Numbered from the stretch's first letter, positions 1-9,788 are shown. The stretch is DNA of 64,000 bases from Candidatus Borrarchaeum weybense (GCA_019057385.1 JAHQJS010000006.1:1-64000); one strand, 5' to 3'. Notes: generated by a model from the sequence alone, not told the origin. Translations and numbers: made by a program.

Positions 1-163
1 GTTTTGCAGCGATTCTAAGTAGAATTGAGCTGAGGTAACACTCGCCAGTTCTCACTCTCATCATCATCATCAGGGCAGGGACTGCCCGTAGAGCCTGTTT
101 GACGTGTCCCGTTGGGGAATGGATGATTCAGGAAGCCAGCCTACTTGTAGGGTGGTAGTTCAC
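1..163 (+). mobile_element. IS200/IS605-family right end (TnpB omega/reRNA-like scaffold), element truncated by the window edge
   Basis: GGGCAGGGACTGCCCG-AGCCTGT...GATTCAGGAAGCCAGCCTACTTGTAGGGTGGTAGTTCAC, with a subterminal hairpin ending in TCAC at 163, is typical of tnpB element 3' ends and resembles 27555-27594. Confidence 0.7.
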
Positions 164-212
164 CATATCACCTAAAGAAAAATAGTTAGTTCATTTAAAT
201 TGAGGCGTACTT

Positions 213-1055
213 CTAGCCAGAAAGGATTTTCTTTGATCTTAAAATCCAATCTTCTACGATCTCTTGCTCAATATCAAGCATATGTGTAAGTTGGTTACTA
301 TCAGATTCAACTAATTGTTGTAATGTGATTATGTTTTCTTCGATTAATCTGTGATTTACTTTTCTAGAAATCCCTTTAAGCAATGTAATCGGATAAAATT
401 TCTTCTCTTCGATTATCGATTCCAAATCGTACCACGCAAGTAGTTCAATCCCCCTACAATTGCAATATCTTTCAGCGTGTCGCGTGAACTTCGTATTGCC
501 AACAATCATGGCGGATGTTATAGGATGAGAATTCTTTCCATCTTCATATCCTTCAATTACATCTTCTAATACAGCTCGAGTATTCCTGCAAACATCCAAG
601 TCCGTAGGGGTATGATGATTTACATGATGTTTTACTTCTACGAGCTTGGTTTCTGTACCTTTTCGTGCAATTGCATCAATTTCATGTTCCACACATTTTC
701 CTCGACAAATACAATTGGGAGTGATTGAATAACCCACCTGCTCCAATAACAACTGGATATAGAGCTCAAAATCAGGTTTTGAACGGAGAAGAGAGATTGC
801 CTTACGTAAATTGTTTCTAAACGGTATGATTGTTTTATATGGCTTCAAATACTCATTAAACAACATTTCAAGAATTTTTTTAGTTGATATACCATCATAA
901 CTTCTATTTTCAATCTCGCTAGCAATTTCTTCTGCTGTTTTTCGATCAACCTCTCCTCCACTTACTCGTAAGCATGTTTTGACAATTTTTTCTCTGTCAA
1001 AATCTTGTTTCGATCCATCAGCCTTTGTAACATATTTAAATGCCATATTTCTCAC
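213..1055 (-). CDS. ATP-cone domain plus Mrr-like (PD-D/ExK) restriction endonuclease domain protein
   Basis: N-terminal VTKADGSKQDFDREKI ATP-cone; FELYIQLLL...HEIDAIA...LVEVKHH nuclease motif; C-terminal YPITLL HhH-like tail; start probably at MAFK (1046). Confidence 0.8.
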   Translation of the reverse strand: MRNMAFKYVTKADGSKQDFDREKIVKTCLRVSGGEVDRKTAEEIASEIENRSYDGISTKKILEMLFNEYLKPYKTIIPFRNNLRKAISLLRSKPDFELYIQLLLEQVGYSITPNCICRGKCVEHEIDAIARKGTETKLVEVKHHVNHHTPTDLDVCRNTRAVLEDVIEGYEDGKNSHPITSAMIVGNTKFTRHAERYCNCRGIELLAWYDLESIIEEKKFYPITLLKGISRKVNHRLIEENIITLQQLVESDSNQLTHMLDIEQEIVEDWILRSKKILSG

Positions 1056-1059
1056 GACC

Positions 1060-1092
1060 CAAGCCCCGACCCTTCAGGGTGGGATAATTGAC
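1060..1092 (+). mobile_element. Solitary IS200/IS605-type terminal hairpin (REP/MITE-like relic)
   Basis: CAAGCCCCGACCCTTCAGGGTGGGATAATTGAC matches the CAAGCCCC-hairpin-GTAGTTGAC pattern of IS605 ends; GC-rich island in AT-rich DNA. Confidence 0.55.
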
Positions 1093-1240
1093 TTTTAACC
1101 TTCACATGATCTTCAGCATATATATCGTTGCGAGTTTTTTCCGCGTAACTTGAACTGATGTCTGCTTACTCTTCTTTCAAGTAATTACATAAACTACTTT
1201 AATAAATTCATTGCAAGAACTTTAGTTGAGGTGAAAAAAA

Positions 1241-1558
1241 TTGTGCGAACTTTCAGTTTTGCTGGATAAAGATGGTGACTCACAACAAATTGCCAAAGAT
1301 GTTGTATACGCACTTCAAAATGGAGATACATTGCTTGTTAAAGATATTTTAGGAACTCCAACAGAAGTTTCATCAGCTATGATTACAAAAGTGAATATTG
1401 CGAATGAAACTCTTACACTTATAGCCCATCCATTAGTCGGGCAGTTCCTAAAATTTTTTGCGCTCTTAACAGATGAATCGAGTATCTCAGATATAGAGCA
1501 CGCCTGGGCCCAGTTGAAGAAAACAGGTGATGAACTGATTAAGAAAAAACAAAAATAG
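1241..1558 (+). CDS. cooT: CooT-family nickel-binding protein with a C-terminal helical extension
   Basis: MCE start with Cys2, DV...KDILG...I..VN pattern; GAGGTGA RBS before a TTG start. Confidence 0.7.
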   Translation: MCELSVLLDKDGDSQQIAKDVVYALQNGDTLLVKDILGTPTEVSSAMITKVNIANETLTLIAHPLVGQFLKFFALLTDESSISDIEHAWAQLKKTGDELIKKKQK

Positions 1559-1663
1559 TCAATGCTTTCTTATACAAGAAATTCGATTAAAAAGAAAAAA
1601 TTATGGCATCCCCTCTGTAGGGTGCCACCTCTATTTTCCCCATGTACTTTAGTTTAAGAAATG

Positions 1664-1813
1664 CTAAGCGACTGCTACTCGTGGGATAGCAACTGGAATT
1701 TCTTCTATAGTTTCCAATAGTTTACAGCACTCTTCACAAATATTGTTTAGACAAAACTCCTCTGGCACATTTTTGCATGGAAGTTTCATTTTTATCACAC
1801 AATCGATACACAT
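1664..1813 (-). CDS. Putative 49-aa Cys-rich microprotein (not in the ORF track)
   Basis: Manual translation MCIDCVIKMKLPCKNVPEEFCLNNICEECCKLLETIEEIPVAIPRVAVA*, with 7 Cys and two CxxC. Confidence 0.4.
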   Translation of the reverse strand: MCIDCVIKMKLPCKNVPEEFCLNNICEECCKLLETIEEIPVAIPRVAVA

Positions 1814-2263
1814 TTTTCCAATAGATGAGATATCTCATTGTATGGTGAGTTCGATTATTTAATGATTTTGATTATTTTCTAACTATAAAATAGTATGTAA
1901 TTTTTACTATATAAGACTTGTGAAAAGATTATCCACAACTTTTAACTCAAAAAAAGGTAAATTTCAACTATACAGACAAAAAAACAGCCGTTATGCAAGT
2001 AAAAAATAAATTTAATAATGATAAAATAATGATTCATCAATATATAGTATAGGGCAATAAAAAATCAAAAAAAAATTGTTATTAATTGTTATTTCTTATT
2101 TTACTTGAATAACAACAATTTTTTGCGATATTAACTTACCTGAACTAGATTGAAAAATAATAAATGATTAGTCTTTAAATAGCGAATCGGTCTTGTCTTC
2201 AATAGAGAGAACCTATGAAAGCTGAGACGTCGATCAAATCAAACTAAAGTTAGATGTGATATT

Positions 2264-3574
2264 ATGATTCACCCAACGGATCAAAGATATCTTGTCAAAG
2301 AATTAATTCCTTTTTTCTCAGAAGAGGGTTTTTTAGAATATAAATTAAAGGTTGAAAAAGCGTATGTACGTGCTTTAAATAAAATTGGAGTATGTCCGGA
2401 AGAAATCGCTGATGAGATAATTGCTCAAACTGTCACCGCTCTTGAGGTAAAGCAAAAAGAAGCAATTCTTAAACATGATATAAGAGCACTTGTTGAAGTT
2501 TTGAGAGACAAGATATCAACTCCTGCGAAACCCTATGTACATCTCGGTCTGACGTCTTATGATGTTGTAAACACAGCACAGGCCTTACTCATTAAGGATG
2601 CTACAAAAAAAGTTCTTCTTCTTCATTTAGTCGCATTAGAACTTGAACTAATAAGACTTGCAAAGGAAGAAAAGAATACCCTCCAAATCGGACGTACTCA
2701 TGGACAGCATGCCGAGCCAACAACTTTCGGAAAGGAAATTGCGGTATTTGTAGATCGAATAGGGCATGCAATTATTCGTATAAAGAATGCAAGTGATAAC
2801 TTAAGAGGGAAATTAAGTGGTGCTGTTGGTAGTAAAGCCTCTTTAAGCTTAATTCACGATCCTGATGAACTTGAGTCTATTTTTATGAAAGAATTGAGTT
2901 TAAACGCATCACCAATCACGACACAGCGATTACCTCCTGAAGAACTCACGAATTACATGTGCCAAATCACAATTACTTTTGGAACCATTGCTGACCTTGC
3001 AAACGATTTACGGCACCTACAACGTAGTGAAATCGGAGAAGTAGCAGAATATTTTGAAAAAACACAAGTTGGTTCCTCAACTATGCCTCAAAAAAGAAAC
3101 CCAATCAATCTTGAAAATATTATTTCTCAATATAGAGCAGTTATGCCCCATATTATTACAGCACTATTAAATATAGAGTCCGAGCACCAAAGAGACTTAC
3201 GTGATTCTGCTTCTACACGCTATATACTTCCTGAAGTTCTAAATGCATTTGTTCACTCTATCAATCGCTTAATCCGAGTAATAAAGACTCTGAAAGTCGA
3301 TAGAGGACGAATGAAAGAGAATTTAAAACTCAATCGGGATTTTTATTTAGCAGAGCCTGCATATGTCCAATTAGCGTTGCAGGGAGATCCACAAGCGTAT
3401 GACAAGGTACGTGAATTGACATTAAAAGCGCAAAAAGAAAATAAACCATTAAGCAAATTGTTAACGTCCGATCTACTTGAGACAATTGGGGATTACACAG
3501 GCACATGTAAGAAGCAAGTGGATAAAGTCACCAAATACTGGGAAACTAAAATCAGTGAATTAGCAGATACGTAA
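2264..3574 (+). CDS. purB: Adenylosuccinate lyase
   Basis: HDI, HLGLTSYD, GRTHGQHAEPTTFG and GSSTMPQKRNPI signature motifs. Confidence 0.96.
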   Translation: MIHPTDQRYLVKELIPFFSEEGFLEYKLKVEKAYVRALNKIGVCPEEIADEIIAQTVTALEVKQKEAILKHDIRALVEVLRDKISTPAKPYVHLGLTSYDVVNTAQALLIKDATKKVLLLHLVALELELIRLAKEEKNTLQIGRTHGQHAEPTTFGKEIAVFVDRIGHAIIRIKNASDNLRGKLSGAVGSKASLSLIHDPDELESIFMKELSLNASPITTQRLPPEELTNYMCQITITFGTIADLANDLRHLQRSEIGEVAEYFEKTQVGSSTMPQKRNPINLENIISQYRAVMPHIITALLNIESEHQRDLRDSASTRYILPEVLNAFVHSINRLIRVIKTLKVDRGRMKENLKLNRDFYLAEPAYVQLALQGDPQAYDKVRELTLKAQKENKPLSKLLTSDLLETIGDYTGTCKKQVDKVTKYWETKISELADT

Positions 3575-3629
3575 AGATCTGAAATAATAAAAAGAAGGGA
3601 TGAAATCTCCAAAGATTTCTTCATATTAG

Positions 3630-4634
3630 TTAAAATTTCTTTATATCAAGAGATTTCTGTAATACTGCTGTATTTATTTTACCTGCACTAACAGATTTGC
3701 CTGTTCTAAGACTTGATAAAACAACGGTTGCTGGGCTGAAAAGTCCTGGATCCACATTGAAGAAATCGAAATTTGCCTTCTTAAAAACATCATAAAAGGG
3801 TTCACCGTAGTCTTTTGATGCAGATGATGGAATTTTTGTGACAAATGCATTTAGGTCATCACTTTCATCATCGTTGACTTCGTAAAATGTTTTACCCCCG
3901 TATAGTATCATATCATTTGTTTGGCTCATTGCTTTTTGTTCATCTGGGTTTATAGGAGCTATTGGTGCTGTTCCCGCTCCATATGTAACCTTTTTCGGAT
4001 CGTATCCTAATGAAGTCATCTTATAGATCCCCATCTCCACTACACGCCCACTTACTTGTACTGAGCCCGCCATAGAATTTGTTGGAGCCACAACCATATG
4101 GCATCGGTCTGGCGAAACTCCACAGTTCTCAGCAACAAACTCCGCTTCTGCTTCTCCGGGCAGGCGTTCTTTCATTGGCTCCAAGAAAACTACTGCAACA
4201 TCAGCTTTATCTTGATAATCCAATTGAGAGAATTCATAATTTGGTAAGAGTTTCTTAGGTTTGAGTGCTGAGGCTCTTGCTGGTCCAGAGGCATATCCAT
4301 AGACTTTTCCTTCTGAACCTTTGATTTTCCATCCTGCTAACTGTGAAGCTAAAAGTGCGATGGGAGGATTGTCAGTCACTACTGTTATTGCTGGAAGAGT
4401 GTTCCCTTCTATATCAGTTGTTGTCACATTAACTTTTCCTAATCCTCCAAGACATACCTCTGTCACATATCTTCCCGCTAGAAATCCACCTTTTGCTTCT
4501 ATTCCGCAATCAATAACGGTTGCACCATTGCTAAGTTCAGTAAATGTTACATTTATTAATTCAGATTTCTTATCCATTTTTTTAACTACATCTAACGCAA
4601 GCTTATTGACACTAGGCTTATTCATTAAAATCAC
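3630..4634 (-). CDS. mch: Methenyltetrahydromethanopterin cyclohydrolase
   Basis: SVN...IDCGI.AKGG..AG...EVCLGGLG, ASQLAGW, SGPARA, GSVQVSGRVVE, TND.ILYGG and DPGLFSPA motifs. Confidence 0.96.
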   Translation of the reverse strand: MILMNKPSVNKLALDVVKKMDKKSELINVTFTELSNGATVIDCGIEAKGGFLAGRYVTEVCLGGLGKVNVTTTDIEGNTLPAITVVTDNPPIALLASQLAGWKIKGSEGKVYGYASGPARASALKPKKLLPNYEFSQLDYQDKADVAVVFLEPMKERLPGEAEAEFVAENCGVSPDRCHMVVAPTNSMAGSVQVSGRVVEMGIYKMTSLGYDPKKVTYGAGTAPIAPINPDEQKAMSQTNDMILYGGKTFYEVNDDESDDLNAFVTKIPSSASKDYGEPFYDVFKKANFDFFNVDPGLFSPATVVLSSLRTGKSVSAGKINTAVLQKSLDIKKF

Positions 4635-5456
4635 CTACGCATTAATCAGATGCCTATTTGCTTCTTTATTTAAATAGATCTCCCCTTTGCCCTTTTCTGC
4701 TATATCTCCACTAAATTTTAGGAACGGTCCTCCAATTTCCTTTTCTTCATCAATGACAGCCGATGCTACCTCATCATCAAACTTAAATGAAGGCAATAGT
4801 TCTTCAACTTTTCCGTGAATGATAATCTTTCCTTTTTTCATTTCTGCGCCAACACGCTCTGCTACAAGATTATGCAAAATAATCAGCCCACCTTGCATAT
4901 GTATACCTGCAAAAGATCCAACTTTTCCTTTAATTGTAATTGTACCATTTTTCATCCATTCACCAGCTTCCGTTCCACAATCACCTTTTAATTCGATTGT
5001 GCCGCCTTGCATTCCAACCGATGCTCCTCTGTATGCTGCCCCTAAATAGTTCCGTGCGTTGCCAAAGATAGTAAGGACACCTCCTTTCATTTCAACACCT
5101 GTCCAATCATCGACATTGCCTTCTACTGTTACTTTGCCGCCTTTCATTCTAGCAGCGGTGTGCATTCCTGCGTTTCCTTTAATCAAGATTTCTCCAGCAG
5201 TCATCCCCTCGCCTATATGCTTTGCTTTCGATAAGTCGCCCTCCAAGATGATTTTCGTTTCCTCAGCAGTACTTCCCGTTTCACCTGAAACGTCGAAATA
5301 GTCCGCGATTGGTACTTGCCTGTTCCCCTTCCAAAGTTTCAGACTTTCTATTTCGTCAATAGTTTTCCCCGCAAAAACATTTGGTGAAATAACTTCAACT
5401 TCTAAAGATGCCCCAGCAATCTCTTTCTTAAGTATAAGTGTAACTTCATTGGCCAT
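4635..5456 (-). CDS. fwdC: Formylmethanofuran dehydrogenase subunit C
   Basis: LEVEVISP..FAGK, GN......DYFDVSG, repeated G..M.GG.I.I.G beta-helix, FSGDIAEKGKG; abuts mch. Confidence 0.93.
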   Translation of the reverse strand: MANEVTLILKKEIAGASLEVEVISPNVFAGKTIDEIESLKLWKGNRQVPIADYFDVSGETGSTAEETKIILEGDLSKAKHIGEGMTAGEILIKGNAGMHTAARMKGGKVTVEGNVDDWTGVEMKGGVLTIFGNARNYLGAAYRGASVGMQGGTIELKGDCGTEAGEWMKNGTITIKGKVGSFAGIHMQGGLIILHNLVAERVGAEMKKGKIIIHGKVEELLPSFKFDDEVASAVIDEEKEIGGPFLKFSGDIAEKGKGEIYLNKEANRHLINA

Positions 5457-5509
5457 CTAAATACACCTCTTGGAAAATTCTCATAAGATTGAGGAAATTG
5501 ACATAATTA

Positions 5510-7230
5510 CCGTTCATAATAAATAATTCTCTTCGCCTTTTTCGATAATGAAAGACATTCACCACTTTAACCTTATAATTATTTACAAAACGGGGTATCA
5601 TGTATAAACTTCCACGCTTTGTGATAATCATCAATCTTTCCGTTTTTAGAAAGACCAGCCTTAAGGTTATCGGGCTGTGCGCTCGTCACCGAATTCAAGA
5701 CATAATTCATCAATACTGCTTTTTTAAGTATTTCGGCAGTCTTGAAGGATGTTATCCCGCTGTGCTTGAGCAGGCTATGGATCATAGACCATCTACGGTA
5801 AGGACTGCCCTTTTTCAAACGAGGTTCTATAAACTCCTCGACTTGTGAGAGCACCCAATCGTAAACAGGTGGAATTGCTTCCTTTAAACCCAGTCCTCTT
5901 CGAGCTATTACATAACTTGCGAGGTGATGTGTTGACAAATTATGTAATCGTGAGTATTTGTATTTCCCGATAAGTGAGGTATATCCAGGAAATACTTTTC
6001 GGAAAGACACACCACGCTTTTTGCACTTTCTCTCTAACAGCTGCAAGGCGGTGGTCTTCAAGTTGCTTAACTTGCGATTGCGTTTTTTATTATAGGAAAA
6101 TTCTTGATCGAATTTTAAGTTCTCGATCACGATGCCTTTCCCTCTATTGATGCAATAATTGACAACCTTATCCATCTTATAGGAGATATAATCGTTACGC
6201 TTATCGGTTCGATAACTGTGAAGGTTTTCAAATGAAATGCTATGGTAGGAGAGTAATGTGCCGTGCTGGTCTACATTGGTTAACGCAGCAAAATTATAGT
6301 TGAAATCTAAGCCGATGGCACCATATTCGTAGCCGTAACGTTTTGCAGGGGATGGAATGTCATACGATACATGAACAAAGTAGCGTACTTCTCCCCTGAA
6401 GAACTTTCTCTTTATGGTCGCCGTGTATTTATCGATATTAAGAATTTCCTGAAACCATCTCTCCTGCACGTGGTTGACAGACAGGGGAATGATCAGCCAT
6501 TTGCGTCCGTTTTGCTTGGAAAAGGTGCGTATCTTGACCATTTTATCAGTTAAGACCTTGATGTTTTTGTTCGTTCCTTGTTTCTTTCCGATACAACTGA
6601 AGGAAGAATCCCGTCGTATCTTGAACTCCTCTCTACTTATTTTGCCAAGAATTCGGTCTCTAAATAACTTCTTGGTGCCAAACACCACAGGTGTAAGCAT
6701 TAAATTGTGCAATTTAGCGATTATCGAGGATCTGCGGTCGTATAACCCTTTTAAACGTCGGTCATGCGTATCATGTTCCTTTATGGTGTTGATTTTTTTA
6801 GTAATTGTGTTTAGTTGCTTGCCCATGTATTTGCGTCGTTTTTCCAGCCATGTCTTTTGTGCATCCAATATCTGGCTTGATATCGACCAGGATGGTGCTG
6901 ACATAAGGGTTGTTATGACACAGACTCATTAAACACTGTTGGATAGTTTTAACCTCTCCAAATCGTGCTTTCATGTGGTCCTCGCCATGAAACAACAGGT
7001 TATAACCTATGCGTTTCACCCGATTATAGATGGCAAAAATTTCATGCAGTTTCTGTTCTTGTGCCTCATTGGGATAGAGTCTAAATTTGATGGTCTGGAT
7101 CATGTTTCCTTATCCCCTGCCCCTTGTCTTTTAGTTTTTTTACTTATGTGTGGATTGCTCCAACCTGGAGTTTCTTTTCAACGAAATCTGACAGCAGGTT
7201 GTTATACTATACTATATATCTTCTCATATA
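5510..7230 (-). mobile_element. tnpB-only insertion element (IS200/IS605 or IS607 superfamily), boundaries approximate
   Basis: tnpB sits without a tnpA between fwdC and ftr; a minus-strand ...GAACGG at 5515-5510 could be an IS607-like right end (inference). Confidence 0.5.
5579..7103 (-). pseudogene. tnpB: TnpB-family RNA-guided nuclease split by a +1 frameshift near 6875
   Basis: ORF 6798-7103 has the HTH_OrfB start (TIKFRLYPNEAQ); ORF 5579-6904 has RuvC motifs AIGLDFN, IVIENL, PGYTS..G and HHLASYVIARRGLG; deleting one C at 6874/6875 joins them into 507 aa. Confidence 0.85.
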
Positions 7231-7449
7231 TAATATTTTCTTTTTATATCGCATGAAACTCTATATAAAAGCGTTTTTATGAGTTATTTCTGCCTACTTT
7301 CACTTTATCCATATTATATTGCCAAACATTCATTTAAATCCACCATACGTATGTCCTATGATACTACCTATACTAATAATAGAACAATAAGCTACCGCAT
7401 TGCATACATACCCCTCAAATACACGGCAATTCCATATATTCTTGCTATC

Positions 7450-7543
7450 TGGCGCGGCGAGGTTTTCTTTGACGACCGAGAGTAGACTGAGCCCGAAGGG
7501 GTGTGAGCGAAGCGAACTGCGAAGCCGTTAAACGTCCGCGTCA
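7450..7543 (+). other. GC-rich branched stem-loop element (attC-like or mobile-element-associated)
   Basis: TGGCGCGG/CCGCGTCA and TTTGACG/CGTTAAA stems enclose CCCGAAGGG and two GCGAAGC mini-hairpins. Confidence 0.45.
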
Positions 7544-7823
7544 TATCATGTGAGCGGAGTAAACGCTCCATACCAGTTAAATCCCTTTAATAGACTTATC
7601 AAACTAAGTAAATCAGCTGTATGCTCTCAACCAATAGTTCCCCTCAAGCGTCGGAATGACCACCGCCTGAAGGATCTTCCATTTAAGTAGGGATTCAAGT
7701 GTTTTCTTGACAAAATTTGGTCGTCACCACTTTTATATTTAAAAGTCTTAATGTGTCAACGAGGTGTGATAATTAATACCTTACAAAATCTTTAGACTAT
7801 TAGCTCTTTAGGAGTAGAAGATT

Positions 7824-8720
7824 ATGAACCTTGAAGGTGTACAGATAGAGGATACATTCGCTGAAGGCTTTAAAATGTGGATTTCTCGTGTTCTAATAAC
7901 TGCTGCCACGCCAGAATGGGCACTGACAGCAGCAAGAGCCGCTACAGGCTTTGGGACTTCTATAATAATGAGCCCAGCAGAGGCTGCAATTGAAAAGATT
8001 GTTTCACCAGAAGATACCTTAGATGGAAGACCTGGGGTTATCATTCAAATAGCCCATACCAAGAAGAAAAAGTTAGCTCAACAATTGCTAACAAGGATAG
8101 GACAATGTGTCTTAACATGCCCTACTACTGCTGCATTCTGTGCTATGGATGAATACGACGAACTCTTCAAAACTGGCGCTAATTTACGCTACTTTGGTGA
8201 TGGGTTCGAAGAAAAAGTAGAGATGTACGGTAGGACCCTATGGAACATCCCAGTAATGGAAGGTGAGTTCTTAATTGACAGCGAATTTGGTGCAAAAAAG
8301 GGCGTGGCAGGAGGAAATCTCTTGCTCATCGGTGATGATCCAGACAAAACATTGCAAGCAACTGAAGCAGCAATTAGGGCGATTGAGGCTGTAGATTTTA
8401 CTGTTACCCCCTTTCCAGGTGGAATTTGTAGGAGTGGTTCAAAGGTTGGCTCACTGAAGTATTCAAAATTCATGATTGCTAGTACGAATCACAAGTTTTG
8501 CCCTACATTGATCGGAAAAGTTAATGACACTGAATTGCCTGTCAACGCAAAAAGTGTATTGGAAATCGTTATTAATGGGCTTACAACCGAGGCAGTTAGT
8601 AAAGCAATGTCTGAAGCAATTAAAGCAGCAGTAAAAGTACCTGGCCTCATTAAAATTACCGCTGCTAACTATGGTGGAGAATTAGGTCAATATCAAATTC
8701 ATTTGAAAGATCTAGTTTAA
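7824..8720 (+). CDS. ftr: Formylmethanofuran--tetrahydromethanopterin N-formyltransferase
   Basis: IEDTFAEGF, TGFGTSII..PAEA, DGRPG, RIGQCVLTCPTT, PFPGGICRSGSKVGS and EIVINGL motifs. Confidence 0.97.
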   Translation: MNLEGVQIEDTFAEGFKMWISRVLITAATPEWALTAARAATGFGTSIIMSPAEAAIEKIVSPEDTLDGRPGVIIQIAHTKKKKLAQQLLTRIGQCVLTCPTTAAFCAMDEYDELFKTGANLRYFGDGFEEKVEMYGRTLWNIPVMEGEFLIDSEFGAKKGVAGGNLLLIGDDPDKTLQATEAAIRAIEAVDFTVTPFPGGICRSGSKVGSLKYSKFMIASTNHKFCPTLIGKVNDTELPVNAKSVLEIVINGLTTEAVSKAMSEAIKAAVKVPGLIKITAANYGGELGQYQIHLKDLV

Positions 8721-8885
8721 TGGCAATCCCTAACGAGGGATCTTCTTCTTTCTTTTTATTTCTTTCTTGATTTTTTGGACGACCTCTTTGGGCAAACAAA
8801 AAACCTTATAATCTATATGTCATTACGATTTCATAATTGTCATTATAGTTAACGAATTATAATTACCATACACATCAAATGGTGG

Positions 8886-9788
8886 TTGAAAAGCAGCATG
8901 TTATCAAGCAGCCAGAAAAAGATCCTGAAATCATTGCTAGATTTATATAAAGAACAAAGTGAACCGATTAAATCAGAATCTATCGCAAAAATGGCAGGCA
9001 GGTCAAATGGTACAATTAGGAATATGATGATAAGCCTTCGTGCGTTACAATTGGTGGAATCAATTGCTGGTCCGAAAGGAGGCTACATACCTACGATTCA
9101 AGCATTCGAACTTTTCCAATTGCCAGCGCCGGAAAAATGGGAGGAAGTCCCGGTCATTGTTGAAGGGAAACAAATCTCAGCGTCCGTTTCAGATATCGGT
9201 TTTTCCAGAATCCCTTCACCAGCAGAATCTACCGCTGAAATTACAATCTCTGGAGACGTCAGCCAGATAAAAGTAGGTGAAAGAATTATTATAGGTCCAA
9301 CACCAAAATCAAACCTTTTAGTCAAAGGTGAAGTGATGGGGCTCTATCCAGCGACTGGAAAATTGCTTCTAGCCGTATCTGAAATGGCGTCATTGCCTGC
9401 TATTTCAATTGGAGAAATCGCCACAAAGAAACCAATAACAGTCAAACCCAATACACCGATTACCAAAGCTGCAGAGATTTTCGCTGAAAAACGTATTAGT
9501 GCTCTCCCAATTGCTAATGGAGATGACGAACTTGTTGGATTGTTTACTACTATGGATCTTGCAAAGATGATTGTACTGGATAAATTGGCTGAAAACATCT
9601 CCGATGCACTAAAACTCGGTGCCACAACGGAGCCCTGTGTTGCACCACCTGAAACGTCGTTAGTTAAGGCTCTTAGAGTCATGGACGAGTGTGGATTGGG
9701 GCGCGTCGTTATAATTGACGAAAATGAGCGGGTAACTGGTATTGTCACACGTACAGATCTTCTAAAAGCCATTCTTGAACATTATTAA
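8886..9788 (+). CDS. HrcA-like HTH plus CBS-pair transcriptional regulator (COG2524-like)
   Basis: IL..L.DLY....EPIKS..IA......GTIRN.M..LRALQLVES..GPKGGYIPT, followed by two CBS domains. Confidence 0.85.
   Translation: MKSSMLSSSQKKILKSLLDLYKEQSEPIKSESIAKMAGRSNGTIRNMMISLRALQLVESIAGPKGGYIPTIQAFELFQLPAPEKWEEVPVIVEGKQISASVSDIGFSRIPSPAESTAEITISGDVSQIKVGERIIIGPTPKSNLLVKGEVMGLYPATGKLLLAVSEMASLPAISIGEIATKKPITVKPNTPITKAAEIFAEKRISALPIANGDDELVGLFTTMDLAKMIVLDKLAENISDALKLGATTEPCVAPPETSLVKALRVMDECGLGRVVIIDENERVTGIVTRTDLLKAILEHY

Noticed and set aside
52-72. (TCA)n microsatellite
   Set aside because: Only about five units inside the IS relic; no evident function
1814-1860. In-frame TGA upstream of the Cys-rich ORF as selenocysteine
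   Set aside because: A TAA follows a few codons further upstream with no start codon, and no SECIS was recognised
4321-5301. Plus-strand ORFs 4321-4677, 4819-5049 and 5059-5301, and similar short antisense ORFs throughout the window
   Set aside because: Shadows on the opposite strand of well-supported genes, with no motifs of their own
5446-5634. 62-aa ORF bridging tnpB and fwdC
   Set aside because: Overlaps both genes and spans the probable element boundary; no recognisable domain
6939-7485. Plus-strand ORFs 6939-7256 and 7279-7485 as a possible tnpA
   Set aside because: No HUH/Y1 or serine-recombinase motifs; composition reflects low-complexity AT-rich DNA
7545-7720. Possible transposase fragment on the minus strand
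   Set aside because: Short, stop-interrupted frames; no family could be assigned with confidence
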